Virus record (IMG/VR): IMGVR_UViG_3300030095_002983
Coordinates: 1 to 46,531 of that record
Length of the DNA: 46,531 bases
Direction: 5' to 3' (one strand)
From: a virus
Lineage: Duplodnaviria; Caudoviricetes
Every line of letters begins with the position of its first letter. Position 1 is the stretch's first letter. The position numbers and the translations under genes were made by a program. This document shows positions 17,191-27,646 of this stretch, one piece after another. Below the pieces are notes generated by a model that was given only the letters and a program-made list of their open reading frames with translations, was not told the origin of the DNA and did not search any database.

Positions 17191-20100
17191 TTAAGAACAA
17201 TCGTTCTTTTCTTCTTCAATTAGTTTAAAGATGTTTTTTGAACTAAATGCTTGTTTCATTTTATCGCTATCAAAAGCCTCTAAAGGATTAGCAGCAGTAT
17301 TTTGAGCTGCAATGCTTTTTTCTAAACGCATTATGTCTGATTCCAATTGAATTGGAATCGCCGCTGTGACTCCTTCTATCTTGGCTTGCCGTATAAGAGC
17401 TGCACGTTCTGCTTTCATTATATCTAATTTATCCTGATCACTTAAAGAGTCAAGCTCATCCTGTGCCCTTTGCTCTTTGTAATCAAGCTCTCTTTGATAT
17501 TCAGGATCTTCAGCTTCTTCTCGTTGTTCTACCTCTAAATCTCTAAGCCCAGCCTCATGATCCATTAATTGATTATAATACTCAATAGCCATTTGTTGTA
17601 AATTAAGATCATCTTGATTCCCCATATAGGCATCAAATGCCTGTATAAAGTTATCTTCAATCACGGTTCCAGAAGCAATCATTTCTGAGGGAAGAGCAAC
17701 TCTTCTTTCTGACATCTTATCATGTAATTCGTCATCAATTAAATCATCTTGAGTTTCTGTTTCCTCTTGAGTTGTTTCTCTAGCATCTAAAAGTTCTTGA
17801 CGAGTAGTTTTAATCCAATCTTTAAATCCATCAAAATCAGGATCTGTATCTCTAAATTGTAATTCATAATTTTCTCGCAACACTTCAATTAAACTCGGAT
17901 TTAATCTGCCTGTCTCAAGCCACTCATCTACTTCGTTGTTAGCATACTCTCTATTTTTTTCTTTAGGGAATAATGGACTTTCCTGAGCCTCAAAGAATTC
18001 AAATAACGATTGTCTAAGACCATCTTCAGTTTCTTCGGGAGAATACATTTCACCTACTTCAGTAGTTTCTGTCTCTGCCGGAGCCTCAGTCTCCGCAGGA
18101 GGCGTAGGAGGCGTAGGAGGGGTAGGGGGTGTCGGTGGAGCCGGTGGAGGCGTAGGCGGTGCCTCAGGCGGCGTAGGAGGATCCTTAGGTTTAGTCTTGG
18201 ATGGCCTAATACTTTGACCAGCCTTCAGCATCTTTAAATATTTTTTCTGAATCAGCTCTCTTATTTGCTTTCTATTTAATCGAGGTTTAAGTGTAACCCC
18301 AACTCTTTCGGCTTCCGCTATTAACTCTGCTCTACTTTTCATTTTAGCTAATCTAGCTCTAGCCTGAGCCATTTCGCTTCTAAGTTCGACCTCAATATTA
18401 AATACTTCTGCTAAACCTTTGATCATAGCGTCAACTCTTGGATTGTCTCTAGCAGCTGTTAATGCTTGTTCCAGCGTAAATAACAAAGTATCTCCCTCTG
18501 GAGACAATCTATCTAAGACCTGCAAGCTATTAATACCACGGGCATCAAAATAATTAACAGCCAATTCGCCTACAACCATATCGGCAAATGTATTTTCAAT
18601 CATATCAGCAATTACAGATCTAGCAGTAAACCTTCTAGGTCTACCCATAGTGCCACGGTCTTTAAGTTCTGTTTCTCTTTCTAAGTCTGCAATAAGCTGT
18701 AGCTCTGCATTGGTTAGAGGAACACCCTGTGCTTTTCTTAAAGCTTTTAATGTATTAACCAATTGACCATCACTTAGATCTCTTAACCCAAGTCTAGCGC
18801 GAATTGCCTCAATTACCTTAGGTTTAAATTTTTCAGCAGCATTGGCAATATCTACATCAGTTACTGCTCGTAGGGCATTTAACATACCGCTTACTCGTTC
18901 AAATGCCTGAACAGTTCTAGCATCAATACCCACTCGAACAAACTTAGCCTCATGAGTAGGTTTGTTACTATCTAATGCTCCGGGTCTTCTTAAAATTAAT
19001 CGTTGAGGATTTGGTTGACCTCGAAATTGGATTACAACTTCAATAATATCTGCATTCTTTAAATCTTCTGCTGTTAACTGCAGCCCCTTAAGAACTAACG
19101 AACTGCCCTCTTCATCCTTAAGGATAATATCACCATTATGATTTTCTAATTCATTAATAATAAAATCACCAACAGTTTTAAATCCAGCATTGTGATCTAG
19201 TCTTTGTTGTAACTGTTTAAACAAAGCGGTAGTAGTTAATCTCAAAGCGTCATCAATAGCAAACCTAACATCTTTAGTAATGCCCAGTTTTTCTCTGTGA
19301 TTTTTAATTGCTTGTAACGTAACATCAAAACCTACGCCACGCCTTAGTTCAGCAATTTCTGACTCGTAGTTTCTTGTTACCTTGCCGTCGTCATCCACTT
19401 CATTTTTCTTAGGAACAAAGTATTCATTGCCCTCCTTATCAGTTTTTTTATCAAACAGTTCAGGATTTTTTTCAGCAATTAATTGATTTAACTCACGAGC
19501 TAACGGTCCATCTTCGCCGTCAATTCGTAACAAGATATTAGGATCTCGTAATACTTCTTCACGATAATAAGAGATATCTTTTTTCTCTGCGTCAGGATCA
19601 GCAGCTTCAGCCTGTGCCTTTGCTTGCTCCGCTAACATTGTCACTGACATTTCAAAGTATGCGGCACTCTTCATGGCAGCTGCTTCATATCCACTGCGAG
19701 CTTCGGTATCTAACTTATTCCAAACTGTAGCCATTAGCATTTGATTAAACGCTTCTTGAGTTACAGGCTGTTGTATTTGTTCTTCTAATTTTTTAATATT
19801 CTCTTGCTTCTGAGCCTTAACCTCTTCTGTATCAGTTTCATTAATTACAAAATCATCTTTGCCTTTAATTCCTTTTTGAGCCGGATCATTAATAAGTTCT
19901 TGTTTTGCTAAGTTTTCCCTAGCCTCTCTAATTAATTTAACAAGTTTAAGCTCTCCGGGTTTACCATCTGCTTTACGTTCTCGGCCTAGGATTCTACCCC
20001 GCTTGTCATACCGCATCATTTCTGCAATAGCTACAAGGAAAGGATGCTCACCCGTCATATCTTCTGGTCGAATGCCTTCTCTAAACGCAACCTTGTCTGC

Positions 20101-21750
20101 TTCTGTTGACAAACCTAAAGCATCTAGTTCTGACATAACTTCTAACGCATCCATCTCATTATCTAAGAAGTGTGCATCGTCAATATTGTACATTGATTTA
20201 GCTCTAGCAAATCCTGCACCAATACTTCTAACCCAACCCATGCTATCAGCATCATCATCAAACATAGACATGTTATTTTTTAAGAAGTTAGTTGTTTGGG
20301 CTCCAACATATTGCAAACCAAAGTTAAAACTTCTAAGTGCAGGATTAATGAGGAATGCTCTCATAACAGAACCAGCAATACCTTCATCAATAAAAGCATC
20401 TAAAACACTTTGCTCACGGCCCTTTTGGACTCTATTCATTGTGTATGCGTTGTAAGCACCAGCAATACCTTCTTCAACAAAACCAGCTGGCAATTCAGCC
20501 GCAGTATAACCTAATAAACCGGAACCATACTTCCTACCAATAGCGTACTTAGATCCATCAATAATAACTTCATCTGACTGTACAGCTAAGAATTTACCAA
20601 ATTGAGTTTTGCGAATAGCGTGGCCTACACTGAGTCCCCAGTTTTGAGGCAATGCTTGATTTACAAACATTTGTGTCTTGCGTACACCTCTAGCAAGTTG
20701 AATAGCACGCCTTGCAGCCTGCCGCCCCTTCTCGCCTTTTCTTGCCATTCTAATAGCAAACGAAACTAATGCTGCTTTACCAACTCCGGGTACAAGTTGT
20801 AAACCGGCAGTAATTAATGCTTCACCTGCAAAATCTGGATCATTAAGAACAGAGTCCCTAACAAAATCTTTAGTAACCATAGCCCATTCTTGATATGCCG
20901 GAGCCATATCTTTCCATGTAGCAATAGTATTACCTGCTCCAATCATAGCAGTTTGTCTGTTAACATGCCACCAGAACTCATTAGCGTTTTCTGTTTTCTT
21001 TAAAATTTCTATATCAACACCACTGCTTTGCATAAGCTGAGCAAAGTCTGGTTTAATTAAAGCAATGTTTTGTAGATAACTTTCTGCATTAAAGTTAGCA
21101 TCTTTATACTGCAGAGCTAATAAGTCAGGAGATTTCATAATACCAAAAGCATCAAATGAATCATCAAAGTTGAGGGGGTTCATATTCCAACCGCTGCCAT
21201 AAACCGTGCTACTCTTTATTGCTTCTTCAAACTCATCATCAAACTGAGTTAATCCACGATTCTCAAAGTAATCTCTAAACCCACCATACATTAAATTTTT
21301 ATTGATTTCAATATTGCTTGCATTTCTTGCAGTAATACCACGGGTTAATTCAGCGTTACCTAAGAACCAACTGGCAGCTGAAGAATCAGCCCAACCAATA
21401 GTTCTTTTATCTTGAATTTTTAATTTGCCCGTAGAATCGGGAGTCACAATCTTATAAAGAAAATCGTTATAATCCTGTTTAGTTTCTGGATCTGATACTC
21501 CAAGAAGTTGAGCTCTTGTAACATTTCTTTTCATATTACCAAAACGTTCTTCTCCCTTACGGGCAATACTCATGGCTTTGGCACGTTGATAGTTTATGGT
21601 ATTAGCTTGATAACCAGTTACGCTGTCTATTGGAGAACTTGCAGGACTAATAGGCTCTTCTGCTGAACTTCTAATATCTTCTGCCATTGCTGCATTAGGA
21701 TCTTCTACTCTTCTGGTATCTTTTGCTAATTCGTTTTCAACTAATCCCAT
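17191..21750 (-). CDS. Large internal virion/ejection protein (1519 aa)
   Basis: AAGGAG RBS; Gly/Ala-rich amphipathic segment, Pro-rich linker, acidic tail; lies in the ejection-protein cluster. Confidence 0.7.
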   Translation of the reverse strand: MGLVENELAKDTRRVEDPNAAMAEDIRSSAEEPISPASSPIDSVTGYQANTINYQRAKAMSIARKGEERFGNMKRNVTRAQLLGVSDPETKQDYNDFLYKIVTPDSTGKLKIQDKRTIGWADSSAASWFLGNAELTRGITARNASNIEINKNLMYGGFRDYFENRGLTQFDDEFEEAIKSSTVYGSGWNMNPLNFDDSFDAFGIMKSPDLLALQYKDANFNAESYLQNIALIKPDFAQLMQSSGVDIEILKKTENANEFWWHVNRQTAMIGAGNTIATWKDMAPAYQEWAMVTKDFVRDSVLNDPDFAGEALITAGLQLVPGVGKAALVSFAIRMARKGEKGRQAARRAIQLARGVRKTQMFVNQALPQNWGLSVGHAIRKTQFGKFLAVQSDEVIIDGSKYAIGRKYGSGLLGYTAAELPAGFVEEGIAGAYNAYTMNRVQKGREQSVLDAFIDEGIAGSVMRAFLINPALRSFNFGLQYVGAQTTNFLKNNMSMFDDDADSMGWVRSIGAGFARAKSMYNIDDAHFLDNEMDALEVMSELDALGLSTEADKVAFREGIRPEDMTGEHPFLVAIAEMMRYDKRGRILGRERKADGKPGELKLVKLIREARENLAKQELINDPAQKGIKGKDDFVINETDTEEVKAQKQENIKKLEEQIQQPVTQEAFNQMLMATVWNKLDTEARSGYEAAAMKSAAYFEMSVTMLAEQAKAQAEAADPDAEKKDISYYREEVLRDPNILLRIDGEDGPLARELNQLIAEKNPELFDKKTDKEGNEYFVPKKNEVDDDGKVTRNYESEIAELRRGVGFDVTLQAIKNHREKLGITKDVRFAIDDALRLTTTALFKQLQQRLDHNAGFKTVGDFIINELENHNGDIILKDEEGSSLVLKGLQLTAEDLKNADIIEVVIQFRGQPNPQRLILRRPGALDSNKPTHEAKFVRVGIDARTVQAFERVSGMLNALRAVTDVDIANAAEKFKPKVIEAIRARLGLRDLSDGQLVNTLKALRKAQGVPLTNAELQLIADLERETELKDRGTMGRPRRFTARSVIADMIENTFADMVVGELAVNYFDARGINSLQVLDRLSPEGDTLLFTLEQALTAARDNPRVDAMIKGLAEVFNIEVELRSEMAQARARLAKMKSRAELIAEAERVGVTLKPRLNRKQIRELIQKKYLKMLKAGQSIRPSKTKPKDPPTPPEAPPTPPPAPPTPPTPPTPPTPPAETEAPAETETTEVGEMYSPEETEDGLRQSLFEFFEAQESPLFPKEKNREYANNEVDEWLETGRLNPSLIEVLRENYELQFRDTDPDFDGFKDWIKTTRQELLDARETTQEETETQDDLIDDELHDKMSERRVALPSEMIASGTVIEDNFIQAFDAYMGNQDDLNLQQMAIEYYNQLMDHEAGLRDLEVEQREEAEDPEYQRELDYKEQRAQDELDSLSDQDKLDIMKAERAALIRQAKIEGVTAAIPIQLESDIMRLEKSIAAQNTAANPLEAFDSDKMKQAFSSKNIFKLIEEEKNDCS
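18097..18180. repeat. Degenerate 9-bp tandem repeat encoding a (PPT)n linker
   Basis: aggaggcgt-like units; PPTPPEAPPTPPPAPPTPPTPPTPPTPP. Confidence 0.8.
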
Positions 21751-21762
21751 ATAATAATCTCC

Positions 21763-24700
21763 TTATGACCCTCTTGTTGGTGTAAAGGCACGATTTAATG
21801 ACTGTCTAAATTCTTCATCCTCAGCTTTTTCTTCTTCTGTAGGCGGAATGTCAATACGCCTTTCTTGAGGATCAATTCTTTTTCCAATAAACGGATAATT
21901 AAATTGAGTAGCATCTATATCTCCAATTAACTCGCCTCCGTTTGAGCTAATAGATTTTGCAGTTAACTTATGCACATCACGAATACTTTGAAATGGCATA
22001 TTTGTTAAAGACCTGTCACTTTGCAAACGCATAACTGGCCTACGTCCCGCCATATCTGCGGCATACTTTCTGTAAATCTCTCCTTCTTCTCGGGTAATAC
22101 CTTGTAATGCTCTACCTATCATAGTGTGTGAAGCCGCAACCTCAGCTCCTCTAAATAAATCTGCTACTGTACCGCCGCCAAGTTGCGCAGACAATCCAAA
22201 AAATGATTCATTTTCTAAATAATATCCATCATATTCAATAGGTTGATACAGGTCTGATAATCTGCGGGAAAAATATTGTGACTCCGGTCTTAATTCAGTA
22301 CGAGTATCTTCTCTAAGTCCCCACAACTTAAAGAATAAATTTCTGTCATTAGAACCAGAAGTGCCATACACCTCTGTATTAATAGTATCCATAATCCAGT
22401 TTGCATCTGGATATCGGATACCTCGTGACTCTTTAGGAGTTAAATAGTATTTTAATAATTCTGTTTGAATCATAAGAGGCTGTTGAATTTGAGCCAAGCT
22501 TAATTCAAAATCAACTCTTTCGCCGTCTACTTCACCAATCTTTTGAACTCCAAATGTAGGATCTAAAGTACCATCCGGCATTAATTTAATATGTCCCCGA
22601 GCATGTAAACCTTTTAAAAGAGCACCTCTAAACCCAGCTTCGTGTCTTTCTAAGATAACTTGTAACTGCTCTGGATCATCTTTAAAATCACTAATTGGAA
22701 CTTTAAATCCACTAGTTGGTGATGTAACAAGATGAGGAAGATCGGAAGCATCTGCCATACCGCCCCTTCTAATTTCATTAGATGTATGTGCTAATTGATA
22801 AGGTAGTGTATTAGAATTCGTACTAAGATAAGATCCATCAGCACCACCTAAAGTTAACACTCTCCTGTTACCAAAAATACTTACCTCTTGTTGATTAGGG
22901 GCAAGTGAAAAGGGATCTTCATTTATAAGAGTAAGCAATTCAATTCCTTCTGGTGTTTGACCTACTCCCAATTGCTTAGCGTCTTTAGCCAATGACCCTT
23001 CAGCATATCGAGAAGGCAAGTATGCAGCTGAACTAAGCTCAAGAAAAGTAGAGAACTCAAGAGGAACCCTTCCCTCTGATCGCAACGCTTCCAAATCTTC
23101 AGGACTAAGCATAGGATTATTTTCTAATAATGATTGAATAATTTTACTAGGTTCTCCTGACGCTTGTGAAATTGAATATTCAGCAGCTAAAATAGCACCC
23201 ATTAAATCAACAGGCTGAGCAGAGTTATTGGCCTCTGTAAATAAAGGCTCCATAAAGCTTTGAGCAGCTTCAACAGCAGCTGATCTTTGTTCTGGTGTTA
23301 AGTCTCCATTTGCTCTTAAATAGTTATAAATAAAATCCATGTTGGTAACACTTTGAACCAATAATGTATCATTTAGATCCGCTTTAGCTGAGCCGCCCGT
23401 ATTAAAATCAAATTCTGCGGGCTGAGGAACAAATTCGCTAACAGCAATACCTTGACCTGCAGAATTAAAAGTCATTCTTCTTCCGTCTGACAAATTAAGC
23501 GGTGCTAAAGCTACACGAAGTAAAGCGTCGGTTGGAATCTCGGCCCTTGTTAATCCGTTTCGGGTATTGTCTACAACAGCTCTTGCTCCTGCCCATATAT
23601 TTACACCATCAAAAGTATTGTTAACTAATGTTAATCTTAATACATAGTTTGCTTGTTCTGTTAAAGGAGCATCATGTAATGATGCAGGAAGATGAGAAAG
23701 CAATGCATCTTGCAGCTCTTGATCCTCAAGCTCAGTTGCGAACATGCCCGTAGTAACACTAAATGGATCGTCTGAATCAGTACCTCTTTGTTTAGTTACC
23801 CAATTAATTAAACCCTTTAATGTTTGTACAGGATCTAAAGCATCTTCGTTTTCTGCAAGTAATTTACTTTGACTATCAAACCAAGGTTGTAACTGTTCAT
23901 TAGCTTTTTTATATTCTGGACTTTCCGCAAATAAATGTGTATTAGATCCCCCTCTATCAAGTGCTTCCATCATATTCATAATAAAAGTACGATCTCCCGT
24001 TGTCATGTTTGCCAAAACATTAGAATCTAAATTAGGGAAAAGAGTTCCAACCAGTTGAAGAGATGCTATCTCAGTATCACTCATTCCTAATTGATTTTTA
24101 AAAAATGACTTAGCAGGTTTAGAACGAAGATAATCAGCTTGACCTGTAATACTTTGAGCAACAACCATCTCTGGATCTTGTTTTCCGTCACGCAATCGAG
24201 ATGCTCTATTATGACGAATTGCAAGTTCAACTTTATATCGGTTCATATCTAAAACACGCTCTTCCACGCTTTGATCTGAATCAATATCAACTGCTTGATA
24301 AGCTGCAATTGCATCTTGTAATTTCTGAGCAAAGCCGCCTGTTACTCTAAACGGAACGTCAACATCTTTATCACCAACTGGAATTGTATATCTATTACCG
24401 TTTTGCGGATCAGTCATTAACAATCCCTGTATTGCTAATTCCATAGACACAGCTCTTGCGCCCGGAGTAGTTGGAATACTAAAGTCTAATCCATTTGTTC
24501 GTGCATAGTCCATAGATAAAAGATTAAGCATTTCTCTAGCTTCTTGAGTATCAGAAGGATCAGTTAGTATTCCGTCTTTAAGTAATTTTCCAATTGCATC
24601 ATCTACTGTAATATCGCCGCGTGCTACTCCTTGACTAAATTTAGGATCGTTTTGGAAAGCTACAACAACAGGATGATTAGAAAGAATTGATGGAACATTT

Positions 24701-27009
24701 CCAGTAGCAATATTCTGATGAACTGCGTTGTACATATCGCCCACACCTCTTTCAAATAATTGAGCATGAGCTTGATCAGTATTACCACCAGATGGATTAG
24801 TGCCTTTGCTTATATCTAAAGGTGAACCTAAAGCCTGTCTAATTTCTCCCTCATCTTTTTCTTTTTTAAGCTGTCCCCTTCTTTCTTGAGCTTGTGCTGT
24901 AACCACTCTTTGTCGAGCATCTAAGAACCTATCTACATATTCTCCCGCTGCTTCTAAAGCTTCTTGAGCCCGTACATCATTTCGACTGCCTCCGGTTTTT
25001 TCATACTCTTGATAAAATGCTTCAATAGGGGTATTACCGTTTTCATCTACTTCATCACTGCCAACATTTTGAGCAGCGTACAAAGCGGCATCTTTAAGAG
25101 GTTCATTTTCGTCAAATATACTTAAGTCTTCGGTTTTACTTTGAATTGCAAATGGCAATAAGGAAACATCTCCTTCGGTAATGTCTATTGTATTATTATC
25201 AATAGAAGCTTCAGCTAATCTTGGCATAGCCATCTCAACTACATCTGCAACAAGAAGAGTTGATAATTCTGTAGTGATTGCCTCTACATCCGCTGAATCA
25301 AATACACCATCTAAAGCTTGCTCCATATATGTAAAGTCATCATCAAAAGCTGGGTATTTAGCCAAGAATGATCTTTGCATTTCTTGAAATGCTTGATCGG
25401 GATTATTTTTAATAAGATCTAATCTTGTTTCAATCTCACCAATTTCTTCCATTGCTTCTTCAACTGCATCTTTATTGCCTGAAGTTAATGCTCCACTTTG
25501 AATAACAGCATTACGTTCAGCGCCTAACTGAGCAGCCTCTTCAGACAAAACATCTTCTCTAATTTGCGGAGTAAACTTTGCCCCCTTTAATTCTTGAGTA
25601 AATAAAAGTTTTACTCTCTCTAACAACTGACTAGGATTAGTGTTTTCTGCATCATAGATTTTCATTTCCTTTGCAAACTCTAAAAGTTTTTTAGGATCAG
25701 CTGCAAATTCTTTAATAAGTCCCCCATAGATTTCAACAGTATCTTCAGCTCTTCGCTGAGCTTCTTTAGCCGGAGTAATATCACCCGTTCTAGCTCTTCG
25801 TTCAGCTAATACATCTAGTCTTTCCGGTAAACCCCTATACCGAGCTGCAGGAGTTTTGCTCTCAAAATTTTTATCAGATCTTTGGTCGCCTTCCACCATA
25901 TTAGTTTTGTTATTGTCGCTTTCTTTTCGGCGCTTAACTGTTCTCATTTTTCTTTTTGCGGCTTCTCTAATTTCGTCCAGCTTGTATAATCTTTTTAAAT
26001 CTTCTGGACTAGGCGGAATTAATTGACCAGTCTTTTCATCTCTATTATTTAAAACTTCTTCAACAATAGGGTCAAATAATTCATCCACTCGTGCTGGATC
26101 TAACTCTAATTCCGTTCCTTTTCCTACTGCATCTTGAATCTCTTTATCAATAGCTTCGGCAAGCTTATCTTGAATCATAGATTCATTACTAGAATCTACA
26201 GAATTAGAGGTACTGGCATATAACCGAGCCCATTCGTCTCCTGTTAATGTACCCGGATAAGCACCATTCGTATCTCTCCACGTTTCTAAAAATACTTTTC
26301 TATCGTTAGGATCGCGAATAAGACTGGCTTCTCTAATTAAATCTCTAGTCTGATCTTTTTGATCTGCTTGATAAGCTTTATCATCATATTGTTCTAACAA
26401 CCTATTACCATACAATCGTACTTCTTTAGGTCTTCCTCCATATGTTCCTTCAAAAGCATCTCGCATAGCTATGTAAGTAGCGTTAGGATCATCAACAATT
26501 GTGTAGCCAAGTTCTGTTAAAGCATCTGGATCATAGTTTTCATTTTCTGGGTTTAATGTTAACTTTCTTGCAGCTTCATACTCGTTAACCTTAGCTTGAT
26601 ATTCTTTATCTTTTCTGTTAATAATTTGATTTTCTGCTTGAGTTACATTACCATCTTCATCTGTTTGAGGCTTGTATACAACCTTAGCCCAATCATTCTG
26701 TTGACGAATTTCTTCTAAGTCTCTCTTGCCCTTGTCAATTCTAAACTTGTAAACCTGCTGAGCCGCCTGTGCTCCTTTGGTAATACCTTGAGCAATAGCA
26801 GCCAGATTCTGTAGACCAGCATCAGGTGCCTGTACCATGTTGCCAAAAGAAATTTGGGAAGGAGTATCTTTAATTTCTGGTGAGGGTCTAATAAATACTT
26901 CACGTTGACCAGATCCCGGCATCTTTGGGGCAAACTGTTCTTGGAAAACAGTTGCTCTAGGATCTGATGGTCGCCCTTGCTTTTGTCGTTTATTATCTGG
27001 TTTTGGCAT
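21763..27009 (-). CDS. Large internal virion protein, gp15-like by position (1748 aa)
   Basis: Follows the gp14-like gene; N-terminal LQNLAAIAQGITKGAQ helix typical of ejection proteins; no Cys seen. Confidence 0.65.
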   Translation of the reverse strand: MPKPDNKRQKQGRPSDPRATVFQEQFAPKMPGSGQREVFIRPSPEIKDTPSQISFGNMVQAPDAGLQNLAAIAQGITKGAQAAQQVYKFRIDKGKRDLEEIRQQNDWAKVVYKPQTDEDGNVTQAENQIINRKDKEYQAKVNEYEAARKLTLNPENENYDPDALTELGYTIVDDPNATYIAMRDAFEGTYGGRPKEVRLYGNRLLEQYDDKAYQADQKDQTRDLIREASLIRDPNDRKVFLETWRDTNGAYPGTLTGDEWARLYASTSNSVDSSNESMIQDKLAEAIDKEIQDAVGKGTELELDPARVDELFDPIVEEVLNNRDEKTGQLIPPSPEDLKRLYKLDEIREAAKRKMRTVKRRKESDNNKTNMVEGDQRSDKNFESKTPAARYRGLPERLDVLAERRARTGDITPAKEAQRRAEDTVEIYGGLIKEFAADPKKLLEFAKEMKIYDAENTNPSQLLERVKLLFTQELKGAKFTPQIREDVLSEEAAQLGAERNAVIQSGALTSGNKDAVEEAMEEIGEIETRLDLIKNNPDQAFQEMQRSFLAKYPAFDDDFTYMEQALDGVFDSADVEAITTELSTLLVADVVEMAMPRLAEASIDNNTIDITEGDVSLLPFAIQSKTEDLSIFDENEPLKDAALYAAQNVGSDEVDENGNTPIEAFYQEYEKTGGSRNDVRAQEALEAAGEYVDRFLDARQRVVTAQAQERRGQLKKEKDEGEIRQALGSPLDISKGTNPSGGNTDQAHAQLFERGVGDMYNAVHQNIATGNVPSILSNHPVVVAFQNDPKFSQGVARGDITVDDAIGKLLKDGILTDPSDTQEAREMLNLLSMDYARTNGLDFSIPTTPGARAVSMELAIQGLLMTDPQNGNRYTIPVGDKDVDVPFRVTGGFAQKLQDAIAAYQAVDIDSDQSVEERVLDMNRYKVELAIRHNRASRLRDGKQDPEMVVAQSITGQADYLRSKPAKSFFKNQLGMSDTEIASLQLVGTLFPNLDSNVLANMTTGDRTFIMNMMEALDRGGSNTHLFAESPEYKKANEQLQPWFDSQSKLLAENEDALDPVQTLKGLINWVTKQRGTDSDDPFSVTTGMFATELEDQELQDALLSHLPASLHDAPLTEQANYVLRLTLVNNTFDGVNIWAGARAVVDNTRNGLTRAEIPTDALLRVALAPLNLSDGRRMTFNSAGQGIAVSEFVPQPAEFDFNTGGSAKADLNDTLLVQSVTNMDFIYNYLRANGDLTPEQRSAAVEAAQSFMEPLFTEANNSAQPVDLMGAILAAEYSISQASGEPSKIIQSLLENNPMLSPEDLEALRSEGRVPLEFSTFLELSSAAYLPSRYAEGSLAKDAKQLGVGQTPEGIELLTLINEDPFSLAPNQQEVSIFGNRRVLTLGGADGSYLSTNSNTLPYQLAHTSNEIRRGGMADASDLPHLVTSPTSGFKVPISDFKDDPEQLQVILERHEAGFRGALLKGLHARGHIKLMPDGTLDPTFGVQKIGEVDGERVDFELSLAQIQQPLMIQTELLKYYLTPKESRGIRYPDANWIMDTINTEVYGTSGSNDRNLFFKLWGLREDTRTELRPESQYFSRRLSDLYQPIEYDGYYLENESFFGLSAQLGGGTVADLFRGAEVAASHTMIGRALQGITREEGEIYRKYAADMAGRRPVMRLQSDRSLTNMPFQSIRDVHKLTAKSISSNGGELIGDIDATQFNYPFIGKRIDPQERRIDIPPTEEEKAEDEEFRQSLNRAFTPTRGS

Positions 27010-27019
27010 TAGTTACTCC

Positions 27020-27646
27020 TCACGATATTTTCGCTCCAACGGCAACTCCAGCAACAGTAGTCAAGGCACTAGTCCATCCAGCCTTAACAGCTGAGTCTGG
27101 ATCGCCTACTGGAGACACACCGGGAACAAAGTACACGGGTTGTTGGGTTGTTAAATCTCGTTGATTTATAATATTTTGATATTGTGTTTTTGCGTTTAAC
27201 TGTGCAATTTTCTTTTGTTGAAGAAGATTCTTTCTACTATTGCTACCATTAATTGTAGCTAAACGAGCCAAGGCTGCAGCTGTACCACTACCAGTAGCAA
27301 TATTACGTCCAGCCATATTAGAGGTCAGCGTGGCATTTTCTGTAGCCATAGCTCTAGCCAACTGTCTTGAAGAGTTTTGATAACCTTCATTAATTTCATA
27401 TTCTTTAGCCGCAAGCTGTGTAGCAGCACCGACCGCCATTTGCCTATTCTTAATAAGCCGATTGGCATTAGCTTGATTGATTGCAAAGTTTTGGGCATCA
27501 ACTTGAAGCTGTCTTTCAAATTCTTTTTGCTGAAAAGCCATATCTTGGCGAGCCATTTGCTCCGCCTGCTGATATCCTCCAGTAATGGATTGCATTACAG
27601 AGCCGATCATCTGACCAGCCATCATCATTGTCATTGGATCTGGCAT
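27020..27646 (-). CDS. Internal virion protein, gp14-like (208 aa)
   Basis: MPDPMTMMMAGQMIG N-terminus, Gln/Ala-rich helix, hydrophobic C-terminus. Confidence 0.7.
   Translation of the reverse strand: MPDPMTMMMAGQMIGSVMQSITGGYQQAEQMARQDMAFQQKEFERQLQVDAQNFAINQANANRLIKNRQMAVGAATQLAAKEYEINEGYQNSSRQLARAMATENATLTSNMAGRNIATGSGTAAALARLATINGSNSRKNLLQQKKIAQLNAKTQYQNIINQRDLTTQQPVYFVPGVSPVGDPDSAVKAGWTSALTTVAGVAVGAKIS

Noticed and set aside
17181-17219. Track start MKKKRT for the giant ORF
   Set aside because: Overlaps the upstream gene; ATG at 17180 has a strong AAGGAGATATAC leader.
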